Shown piece after piece: positions 22,806-33,118 of a DNA stretch of 64,000 bases (its first letter is position 1; every line of letters starts with the position of its first letter). A model generated the notes under the pieces. That model ran no database searches, was not told the origin of the DNA, and saw nothing but the letters and a program-made list of their open reading frames with translations. The translations under genes and the position numbers were made by a program. The DNA comes from Eukaryota sp. TZLM1-RC (taxonomy: Eukaryota > Protista > Metamonada: BaSk clade). The DNA is taken from assembly GCA_040285825.1 (NCBI GenBank), contig JAUPSS010000004.1:2026550-2090549 (forward strand), read 5' to 3'.

Positions 22806-24281
22806 TTACTCCATGTCAGCACCAACTTCCAAGTCCTCGACCAACTCTTCTATTGGAACTAATTCATCTGCTTCTGCTTGATGAGAATCTAACCTAAACA
22901 GTTCAATTCCAGACCGTAGTTCAGGATCTTCCTCGATTTCAGCCATGAATTGTTCTGCATCGTCTTCAGCATTGCCATCTTCAATGTCATTATGCTCAAC
23001 TGCCATTCTCTTCAACTTATATCTTCTGGGTTTTGTTCGCTGATAAATTTTCTTAACCAAAACTACATCTGGCAATTCCACCCCAGTCACATTAGGATCA
23101 ACATCACCCAGCATTTGATTACTAGTCAGGTCGTACCCTTGGACAATATCACCAGGATGAATAATATGGCCCAAATCAGTGGTAGTATTGAAGTAAATTT
23201 CTTGAACTCCAAAATCTGACTCCCTCACCACCATTGCCTCATACAATGCAGTTTCTGTTTTTCCTTGTGTGTAATTGGAAACAATAGGTTCAATAGCTAA
23301 AACTACAAAGTTGACTAACTGCCGGGAAGACGTTAGTGCAGGGAAAGGGTCTCTCCAATAACGTTGGGGATTAATGGCAACTGTTCTGGAAGTGAAAGGG
23401 TCTACTAGAACAAAAACAGAAGCTACTCTCTTTACGAGGGCAAATCTGGCAAAATCACCGACAGAAGCAGCCGTTTTGGCAGGTAAATATACCAAATCAT
23501 GTTTGCAAACAGGAGCAATTTCAACAGAAAAAGAATATTTGTTGTGATACGTGTTATTCCTAATATCATGACTAATTAATTTCTTAGAAGTTGAATACCT
23601 GGCAGGGATTACTGAGAGCAACCAATCAACAAAACGTTGGGCGTGGGACCTACTATCAAAAAAGAAGTCAACACCATTTCTTTCCTCCTTAATGTTGACT
23701 GCATTTGCGTGCATTTTATTCTTTAAAATCAGCTGCTCAAGGTACAAAAACGTTCTTTTGTGGGGTACTTTCTGTCGAACCTGAACAGACGCTACCCAAG
23801 TGTGATCAGTGTAAGACTTTGCACATTCAGGACATTGCTCAGTAGTAACAGTAAATTCAACCACTACTTGTTGTTGGAGGATGGCTCCACTAAAGACTTC
23901 CTTTTGAACAGTTAGCTTGACATTAACTCTACGGGAATGAGGTTCAGTCCAGATAAAGACGGCATCGGTCAAACGTACGGTATTGAGGCCTGGAATTCGT
24001 TTGAGGCAAATGGAGAGGAGTTCACGGGATTCTAGAGGAGCTACAACCCAGGCTTTAGGGGGAACCTTCCATCGAGCACATCCTGAGAGTTAGAGAGAGA
24101 ATAAAAAGAAACCTTTACACATGGTAATAGCAAGAAGACGAGGGATAGGTTCTGTGATATCGACACGGGTACGAAGACATTGCATACACATGAAAGCAGG
24201 ATTTGGAGGGGTAGGTTCTCCACACATGCAGCAAAGACAAGTTGCTGGTCCAGAATCGTTAAATTGAACGTGATGAGCCAT
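22806..24281 (-). CDS. NMD3: 60S ribosomal export adaptor NMD3; two exons, intron 24083-24112
   Basis: CCMCG...NPAFMCMQCLR..VDITE; after splicing CKGCARW...ESRELL.ICLK; FIWTEPHSRR, VQVRQKV.HKRTFLYLEQLILK. Confidence 0.95.
24083..24112 (-). other. 30-nt spliceosomal intron in NMD3
   Basis: GTTTCT...CTCTAACTCTCAG; contains an in-frame stop, and removal restores the CKGC zinc motif. Confidence 0.85.
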
Positions 24282-25323
24282 GTTTGGAAAGTAAGTTTAG
24301 AGGAAGAGGTGAATGAAATACTAGTAGCTTATTCCCTTCTTCAGCAGTCAGATAAATGTTGTGTTTGATTTGTTTTTTGTCTGATTTGAACCAAAACAAA
24401 GAGACAATCAATGCACATGATGTGATGTTATCGATATTATAATCTGCATCTCCATTCAGAAGGTGTTCCATAATTTATCAATAACAAATAGGTTTATTTC
24501 CAAAAGAACCTTTACTTCTTTCAAAAACTGATACGAAATCATCGTTCAACATTTAAGTACAGCAAGGACAATAAAATACAAAGTTGAATTTTGATTTTTA
24601 AAGAGTATTTGTAATGTCTGCTTTCTCCTATTGAACTTCCCAAATTGTCTTTTGTGTCTAAAAAGCGTTTGCTATTACGGTCATGTTTATTTTAAGAAAA
24701 TACAATTGGATTTACTAAATTGATACAAATTGATAACGGAGTTAATAACAAAGGTCTCAGCTCACCAAACAATTTACATTTATTTTGAATATTGGATATT
24801 GATATTAAATACTTGAATTTAATTCGTTTCAACAGGGTCCAGAAGCAGTTGCTGCAAATTGTTTTGATGGTCAATTTTTAAAATTCCCAAGCCACCATCA
24901 CCACTTTTATGAATTTTCTAAGGCAAAGTGTTTAGTACTTCAATCATTACATTTGAGAAGTTACCATGGAACACATTGATAAGTCGGTTGCACAAAGTAA
25001 CTCAATGTCATAAAGCACAAAAGACGGCTGTTTTCGTTCTTTCTCTTATGATTGACAGAGATTTAATCATTACGATGTGATATCTGTATTCGTTGAGTTG
25101 GTTTTTGGGGAATTTGCAGTTACATAATTTCTTTAGTTAATATAGAGTGGTAAATTATAAATCATGTACAATGTTGAGTACTAAAACTTATTTTTGAAAA
25201 CTGATTCACGAAATTGTTGAAAATATCAATATTGAGAGCTCTTTTTTTGTTGTTGAAAAGCCATTTATTTTCTTCAGCAAATTTGGGTTTTTTTTTCAAA
25301 TAATATCTAATTTAATTCTAAAC

Positions 25324-25611
25324 CTATAAATCAACATCTAAAAAATCCATCTCTCCCAAAACAAAAACACTAGATGCAACTCTCTCATAGTGAGATCCAA
25401 GAGAAAGCAAAGCATCAGAAACCATCTTCAACATCCCTTTAAAAATAGAAAACACAATTCTATTTTGCCAAAACAATCTGTTGAAATTTCTGCCAGTTCT
25501 TCTCTTTACAATCATTTCAAAATCATCCAAAAAACGTAAAGCAGTTGGTGCAAGTGAACCAAAAAGGGAAAATACAAATGGATACAAATATATTGAGAGC
25601 TCTCGTAACAA
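25324..25611 (-). mobile_element. 3' end fragment of a CRE-like RLE non-LTR retrotransposon
   Basis: YPFVFSLFGSLAPTALRFL...FWQNRIVFSIFK; homologous to the C-terminus of the 11850-13210 relic. Confidence 0.6.
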
Positions 25612-26045
25612 TAATGTTGTTTTTATGGACCTGGCAATCTGATCAACATGTTGAAGATGCAGGTTTTGAGGATGTGGAGCTTGGGCTTGCTTATTAGATA
25701 TTCCTTTTTCTAATCGTTGTTTTATAAAAGAATTATTAAAACAGTTGTCATTTCAACAATCTTGGAAACACAGGGAACTGTTATCGCTGCATTGCTTTAC
25801 TACTATATAGCTTTTTTGTTTAATTGAAAGTAAAATTATTTTAAAACTGTTTCCGTTGATTTGAATAAAATGGTGAATTCTTCAATTTTTATATGTACCA
25901 AAAAATGACCTTTGAAGTACTTTGAAACAATAGAACTGGGTACTATGAAAACCAAAGCCGTTGCTTTACATCGATTCAACAAAACATGGGAAAAAAACTA
26001 AATTTATTAAATCAAAAACACTGAAAGAAATCAAAAAAAACCAAC

Positions 26046-27650
26046 CTAGTCCTCGTGCTCCTTTACATCAACAATACCAGCAGTACCTTCAATACGCTTC
26101 TTATCAACAGGGTAAATAAATCTTTGTACCATTAAAATAACAAACACAACATCATCTCTAAAGCAAGCTATTTTGTACAAAAGAGGCAACTTTAAAACAA
26201 AGGTACTGAAATCATCAATGATAGTCGTGAAAAACTTGTAAGATAACGTTCTATAATTGATATGCGCCACTGATTTTAGTTTATAATTAATATAAACTTG
26301 AGGAACCATTTGAGCAAATGAAAACGCAAACGATATGTTGACCAACGTAGTGATGATCCAAGAGTAGGTAGATTTGAACGAAGAATTGTAATAAGTCCAG
26401 ATAGAATAGCCCAGAATTATTGGTAATAAACAAACCATGACAAAGGTCATTGCTTTTGAATCATACTTCCTGGTATTGGAATCATATGAAGATTTTGCTT
26501 TCAACCAAGGCAATTTGATACCTTTTTTGACTATGAAAACAAGATCAAAACATTTAAATAATTTGAAATACTCGATTATTAATCCAATACCTGAAGTAAT
26601 GATCACCACAAAAGAAGTTTCCGAATCGACTAAATAAAGCAAAATAATAGTTTGCATTACAGTATTAAATAGAACAGACCTAATAGACAACCCAGACAAA
26701 TTCTTTTTTCCTTTCCAGAACTGCAAATCTGATTTGAAGGCCAGCATTTCAGAAATTGTATGCCCAAGAGTCACCAGTCCTGTCACTGCCAGCAAATAAG
26801 GAGAAGTGGTCAGAAAGATTCTTTTAAACTCATCAAACATCTCAGGACCTCCTGTCAATTCCGAAAGACCTAAACTTTGTTGGATCTCAGTCTGTTGCTC
26901 AATTGCAGAATAAAGAGTATACTTCCAAATGGGCACGTTTTTCAACACAAAAGTAAAATCAATATTAGACTCGTTTAATGAATTAATTGGAGTTGTGTGT
27001 TCTGGTAATATCCAAAAATCATTAAAAAACGTCAAAGGGTAATAAGCTCGCCCACTGGGGGTCAGATTCAGTTTCCCTTGAAATTGACCGGGCAATTTTC
27101 CCCATTTATAGTATCTACCAGAAGGAATAATTCCAAAATTAATTTCTGGTAGGAAGCACAGACCTCTTTCCTTAGATAAGACAGTAACATTATCAGCTTG
27201 ACCTGATGCTAGAAAAGTTCGTTCCTCTTGTGTGTATAGAGGTAGAACCTTGGTGAAAGTTCCCTGAATGATGTAAGGTTTGATTGAGGACGAAGGAGAG
27301 GAGATAAAGAGATAAGCATGGAGTGTGGAGTTGTGGGTTAGTACAGACTCAGGGAGTTCAAGAGAAAGGGATTCATTGAGGGAAATAGTTGAGGTTAAGG
27401 TTAGGTCCTTGGTAGAATAGACTGGGGTGAAATGAGAAGCATTAAACTTGCTGAGAGGTAGGGTTGATGCATAGAGCTCTAACTGGAGTTTGGAACCCAG
27501 TGGAAATATGGGTCTATGTTGCGGAATGGAGTTTGGATAAGGAGTGAGAGAGCCAGGTGTATAAAACATCTTTGCTATAGAAAAAACAAAGAAAGCGACC
27601 ATAAGGTACTTCTTGTTAAACTTGAAAGGAGGTGCAGCTTGCGTTGACAT
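26046..27650 (-). CDS. CLPTM1: CLPTM1-family multi-pass membrane protein
   Basis: YYP..FFNDFW, EMLAFKSD.QFWK...L.GLS.RS, M.PQ.YINYKLKSVAH, TIIDD, ACFRDDVVF...QR.IYPVDKKR; likely start MSTQ at 27650. Confidence 0.93.
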   Translation of the reverse strand: MSTQAAPPFKFNKKYLMVAFFVFSIAKMFYTPGSLTPYPNSIPQHRPIFPLGSKLQLELYASTLPLSKFNASHFTPVYSTKDLTLTSTISLNESLSLELPESVLTHNSTLHAYLFISSPSSSIKPYIIQGTFTKVLPLYTQEERTFLASGQADNVTVLSKERGLCFLPEINFGIIPSGRYYKWGKLPGQFQGKLNLTPSGRAYYPLTFFNDFWILPEHTTPINSLNESNIDFTFVLKNVPIWKYTLYSAIEQQTEIQQSLGLSELTGGPEMFDEFKRIFLTTSPYLLAVTGLVTLGHTISEMLAFKSDLQFWKGKKNLSGLSIRSVLFNTVMQTIILLYLVDSETSFVVIITSGIGLIIEYFKLFKCFDLVFIVKKGIKLPWLKAKSSYDSNTRKYDSKAMTFVMVCLLPIILGYSIWTYYNSSFKSTYSWIITTLVNISFAFSFAQMVPQVYINYKLKSVAHINYRTLSYKFFTTIIDDFSTFVLKLPLLYKIACFRDDVVFVILMVQRFIYPVDKKRIEGTAGIVDVKEHED

Positions 27651-27669
27651 CTTCTGGTGGTGCAAAAAA

Positions 27670-27809
27670 GAATTTTTATCAAAACGCACTTCTGGGGTTT
27701 GACCAATTCATGCAATCTTGATAGACGTTAACCATACTTTAGTTCTATCACTATATGATATCACGGTCAAATGATAATTCGTACAGGTACGCAATACATG
27801 GAAAAACAC
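27670..27809 (-). ncRNA. Candidate omegaRNA of Fanzor family B
   Basis: Directly 3' of the stop codon. Stems CGTA/TACG, TTTGACC...GGTCAAA, TATCAT/GTGATA and possibly TTATCA...TGATAA. Confidence 0.5.
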
Positions 27810-29705
27810 TTATCTACGGGGTCTCCGGAACGCCTCAGGTCTTCTATTGTGGTAGTGCTCACTTATGGCAATCTCCAGTTGGTTTCTGGAGGCTGAGATG
27901 TCCCTCGACCAGAGTGTCTGACATTGAGGGCATACAAACTCTTCATTGTTCACCCTCCCATCATCGTGATACAACTTTTGATTGAATACCTTACAGCAAT
28001 TCGTTTTGGCAGATGTGTAGAATTCATCTCCATTTGCCTTCACATATGTAAAATGTTTCTGAATCTCCTTCAAAAAGCGCTTCCTTGGGGTTTTCACAGA
28101 TTGCCTTGATGGCCCATCCCTTCCACTACCAAACCAAATTATGGTTTCTCTTCCATTAGCCATTAGTTTAATTTGTTCAATTAATCCCATTATCCTTTTT
28201 TAACTTCTTATAAACAAATCAAACTCGGCGATCTCCATTTATCAGCAGTTGGTCTAGTATAGTTTTCGGACGGAAGTCGGCATTGCTGATTTCTTCCTGT
28301 GTCGGTACCCACATCAAAGGCATTGCTACTTCATTCAGATATTTGTGTAAATTCTTAGCAAAATAGCAATTTGGTGATGCATGGGTCAGGACCGGTGGGT
28401 GAATGATCTTCCTTGCCTTTGGATTCAGAACAAGGCCCGAAAGTTGATGATCAACATTGTTATTATCAATTCTTGATCCAATTGAATAACCACCCAAATT
28501 TTTGTGATTAGGATCAATTGCACAAAATGAATATTCAATTGGATCAACTGGCGGAGGCTCATAGGCATCGTCAGTTCTTCGACGTTGCCTAGGACGAACC
28601 TGTTGTTGAAGTCTAGAGTTTCGCTTTCGACTCTTTGCAGGAATATCGAGTTCCCCACTGGCTATGGTGGTTGCCAATTCTCTGGATGTCCGGCGATTCT
28701 TATTTTTTTGGGGGGCAAAGGAAAATGAGAAGCGGATTGAACAGCATCTGAACTGATGGTGTAAGTCAGATACTTCTTTTTTCTGAAACAGGCAAACGGA
28801 TCTTTCAGCAGACAGTGGTTGGCATTAAAAGAGAGAAAATGCTTTTCCAGTTTTTGACTAAAAGAGATAAAGCCAGGAGAATAACTGGGGGGTGTGCACA
28901 CGGCATTTCTTCGCATGGTGTCAGATGCAATATTTTCCAGAAAGGATAAAAAATTTAGCCCAGCAGTGAATATTAAGCTGATGTTGTCTAGATTGAGATC
29001 AACATTGTCCAGCATCAACATAGCGTCAAAACGATAAGGGTCTGCAACCTGCTGAGTAAATAGGTCCAATATGAACTCATGGTGACCTTCATCATACCAT
29101 GCGCGCAAAGAGTCAGGAATAGTGGCTGCAGTCGTGTTCACCACTAATGAAGCTTATTTCTTTGGGCAAGGGCACTCAAAGAAGGTAGCCATTGTCCGGA
29201 AGAAGTTCAGCTTCCAGGAGACAGGGCCATCAGTAGGTATTTGACAAAAGCTGTTCGCCATTTGCAGTGCGCGAAAGCTTCTAATGTCAGAGTGGCACCA
29301 GTTGTCGGTTCCCTTCTGACAGCCAATAGGAGGAAACGGCCAGTCAGGTCGGAAAGAGACATCATAGAGTGCGCGGTACACTTCCATATGATTCTTGAAT
29401 GGGCGTCTCACAGTTGGATGAGGTACCATTACAAAGTCTTGACATTGATACCAAAACTGTTGTTGATATAACCAGAAAGCCATTTCCGGATATTGCAAGA
29501 CAAACAGCTGTGCTAACCGGGCAGTAAGTACAGTCACAGTTCGAATATAGCAAAACTGTCTTTCCATTGAAACAAGAGCTGCAGTAGAGAAGAACTGAGC
29601 AGCACTTGCTGGAACTGTCGTCTTGCTGTTGTTTATTGGTTGCTCACGACGGTTAACTTCCCAGGGGAGTACACGCCCTCGACGTGGCAACTCTGGATTT
29701 GCCAT
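27810..29705 (-). pseudogene. Fanzor1 family B, near-complete (~630 aa); one in-frame stop and two frameshifts
   Basis: Four consecutive ORFs. RuvC-I AIDPNHKN, FGSG...TP, shifted RuvC-II DEFYTS, CC..CPQC zinc finger, RuvC-III SRDISASRN, C-terminal RPEAFRR. Confidence 0.85.
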
Positions 29706-30730
29706 TGGGGTGAATATGTCAGTCGAGAAAAGATCAAACAGTCAACAATAAAAATTTGATTTATTCACAACTTCTTACATCTATACAAATACAAAGCCTG
29801 ACCAAAATGATTATTCAACACTATAATACGTGATATTTAAGCTGCCGCAACTATTTTCTTTCTTGAAAGGTTTACAGTTGAAGGAGTTTTCTCGGTGATA
29901 ACAGTTTATACTAAGATGGTAAGGCTAGAAATGATTGAATGTGAAAATATTTTTTGGAAAATTATTTGAAAAAATCCAAAAACTGCAAAACCTCTTCAAT
30001 TGAAATCTAGCGGTACACCACAATTTTTTTCTATTGTAGAGGTTTTCGATAAACTCATAAAAACTTAATCTAAAACGATGTGCTTCATTCCCTTCTATCT
30101 GTTTTTCCTTCTAATTTTGTTTTGTTAATTGAGTGTTTCTTTATCATTGGATTTTGTTCAGAGTTTCTTCCTACATTTTGTTTTTGCGAGTTCCTTTAAG
30201 TAAGTTCCTTTGAGGTACATGTAATAGTTAAGTCTACTTGTTTTCATTCACATGTTCATTTTTCACCAACAAGTGAGTGTTGGGATAGTCACCAAGTTAA
30301 AATAGCTAGAAATTAGTTTAAATCAACATGTAATAACAAAGTTTCTGGTAGTTAATCAGGTAATCCTTAAGTTGAACCTTTATCAATCATCAATGTAGCA
30401 GAATTAAGGATGATTTAACTGACCAAACAATCAGTGAGCATGAATGGATAAACAACATCAATATAGATGATTTGAAACAATGTTCAATTTGCATGTACTA
30501 TCAAGATTTATAATTTCTTTTCTTATACTAAAAAACTCTTTTTTTGAAATTGGTTTTCATCTCTGCAATTGTTTTGTTTTAGGATTAAGTTGTTGAACTC
30601 TGCCCTTTAATCAACATGGTATTTAACAATCGTACTCTATAAGTTTATCTTTTGGTTACAATTCACAAAAATGAGAATTCTTTATCAAATTTATTTATTA
30701 TTTTATCCAAGTATTAACAAAATCGTTCAT

Positions 30731-32680
30731 CTATCTTCGATTTCTTCTCCTTCTTATAATAAGAAACTGAGTTGCAATGAGCAAAACAAGAGTAAAAATT
30801 ATCAATAGTGGAAATTCTAAATCTAGCATTTCGATCCACAAATCATTGTCCTGCAACTCGGGTTCCGCTTCCTCGTAAACGGCGGGTAAAGGCTTTTTCT
30901 TAAAAAACCACCATTGACCTAAAGGCTCTCTATACTTTAAATATCGCCAAAAACCGTGAATTCTCATTTTGAAAAGTCCAATAAAGCCAATAATCTTTTC
31001 TTTTTGAGCACAAATGTCAAAATACCTCTTTGCCATATCAAAATCACGTTCGACACCCAACCCTTGTTCAAATAGACAAGCTAATCTGAAAGAACCTTCA
31101 GGACTTGAATGCTTGGAGGCCAATTCAAAGTAACCCACAGCCTTCTTGTAGTCTTTGTGGTTTTGATAAAGTTTGCCCAACCACACCATGCTATCAATTC
31201 CACCTAAATCGCTACTTCTCTCTAATGCAAAAGTTAGCTTATCCTTCCAATATGGTGGCAGAGGTTCCCTTCGAAGCATGAAAGCTAATGATGCCCAACC
31301 TTCTTCTGAGCCCATATAAGCCGCTTTTGATGCGTAAAACAGAGCCAAAGAGTATTGACGGCTGAGATAGGCTCTTTGCATTGAATCTAATACCTCTAAT
31401 ACTGGTTTGAGGTGAAGAACTAATCTATTCAAAATATTGATTGCTTGAGGACAATCTGCTGGTCCACCTTCTCCGGTAAGAATCATTGAAGAAAGATAGA
31501 AAGAGGCAACAAAGTGGCCTTGGGTGGCAGCTTCGGAAAACAAACTTCTTGCAAGAACGGGGTCTTTTTTGACGACTGGTTCCAATAACCCTTTCCATAA
31601 AGAAAAACCAAGCCAAAATTTACCAACAGTTGATCCCTTCTCTACTGATCTAACGAAAAATTCCTCAGCTTTCACCAAATTTTTGCGAACACCAATACCA
31701 TTTAAGTAACAGTAGCCCAATCCAGCAGTGCCGTCTGAATTTCCCATGTCGTGAGCCTCAGCAAATAACCTCAGCGCTGTTTTATTATTCTGATCAACAC
31801 CTTGACCAAAAACGTTCATCCAAGCCAAGTTTACCATTGCTTGAGGGTCTCCGTGATTGGCCGCCCTCTCCATCATATTCACTGCTGTCCCAAGATCCCT
31901 TTCCCCTCCCAGTCCTCTGTAATTTACTTCACCAAGAAGATTGGCTGCCGAAGGGTCATGCCTAGCTTTTAGCTTGAGGAGGTCGAGAGGAAGCTTGTAC
32001 TTCTGGTCAATGGTTTGTTTTAGAGAAGGAGAATGTTCAACAAGGCGATAAAAGCCTTTTTTACCTTGGTCAAAGTCCAAGTTTCCGACTTCTAATTCTT
32101 GTTTGATTGTACTAACCAACAGAGATGCAGCCTTCTTGCAATCCCCAGGAACACCGTATCCATGGAAGTTCTTGTAAGCAAGTCCTAACCTAGCAGGAAC
32201 ATACCCATCCATTGAGGAAAATGTGAGGGATGATATGGGGAGTGCAGAGTGGGAGAATGGATCGTATGGCAGACCAAGACCTGAGATGACTGCAGAATCG
32301 AAGTGAGCGGCAGGTACAGAAGATCCACCAGATTGTTTGACTACCTCTAATATGAGGTGATGTGGTCTGAAGTGATCAATGAGTGAAGATGCGATCAGGG
32401 ACTGGAGGGTTTCATTGTAGGCATTCGATCGAGATAGCCATAGAGAAGGAGTATGGTCATGTTCGATAGAAAGCTGAGTTAATACATTTTGGGAGAGCCT
32501 GTACAGGGTAGAAGAGTTGAAAGGTGCTCCAGGAAGATCTTGAATGTATTCACGGAGCGAATCGGAAGATAAATTGGGCTTACTTCGAACATAAGATATG
32601 ATTGAAGAGGAAAGATCTGAACCTTGAGAATGTGTCAAGACTATACATAACAGAATGGTGATTAAGAGGAGACGTATCAT
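30731..32680 (-). CDS. SEL1L: SEL1L/Hrd3 ERAD factor
   Basis: Signal peptide, multiple SEL1 repeats (G.G...D...A), C-terminal TM followed by RRRR. Confidence 0.9.
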   Translation of the reverse strand: MIRLLLITILLCIVLTHSQGSDLSSSIISYVRSKPNLSSDSLREYIQDLPGAPFNSSTLYRLSQNVLTQLSIEHDHTPSLWLSRSNAYNETLQSLIASSLIDHFRPHHLILEVVKQSGGSSVPAAHFDSAVISGLGLPYDPFSHSALPISSLTFSSMDGYVPARLGLAYKNFHGYGVPGDCKKAASLLVSTIKQELEVGNLDFDQGKKGFYRLVEHSPSLKQTIDQKYKLPLDLLKLKARHDPSAANLLGEVNYRGLGGERDLGTAVNMMERAANHGDPQAMVNLAWMNVFGQGVDQNNKTALRLFAEAHDMGNSDGTAGLGYCYLNGIGVRKNLVKAEEFFVRSVEKGSTVGKFWLGFSLWKGLLEPVVKKDPVLARSLFSEAATQGHFVASFYLSSMILTGEGGPADCPQAINILNRLVLHLKPVLEVLDSMQRAYLSRQYSLALFYASKAAYMGSEEGWASLAFMLRREPLPPYWKDKLTFALERSSDLGGIDSMVWLGKLYQNHKDYKKAVGYFELASKHSSPEGSFRLACLFEQGLGVERDFDMAKRYFDICAQKEKIIGFIGLFKMRIHGFWRYLKYREPLGQWWFFKKKPLPAVYEEAEPELQDNDLWIEMLDLEFPLLIIFTLVLLIATQFLIIRRRRNRR

Positions 32681-33118
32681 GTAGAGGTGTTGGGTGAATT
32701 GATTTACACCGCATTTTGATATCAGAAATAAATTTTTGGGTAACTACATTGTCTTTGTGAGAGTATAATGTAAAACAAAACCAGTGGATTAGTGAAAGAA
32801 CTGATGATGTAATCAAATACACACAGAAGAGAGCTTCTTGATCTAAACATTTTGTGATTCTACCTTGCGTGAAAAGAGTGGCGAAAACAAAATGATTGAG
32901 ACACACTTGATCTTTTTTGCCCTAATCTACCTACATCTTGAAGTGGTGAAGCGTTTTTGCTAAAATATTAAAAGTTTACTTTGGAATAAGGTTTAGTTTT
33001 ACTACTTCACTTTACTTCCAGATTGCTAGTTCATGCAAAAGCCATTTAAACCATTTATTAAGTGATGCCCCCACCCTTTGAAACACGTCATTGCAAATTA
33101 AAATAACCGCAAATAGTT

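Noticed and set aside
29760-30700. Possible LRR pseudogene remnants (also 39900-40800 and 48100-48650)
   Set aside because: Too degraded to call from sequence alone
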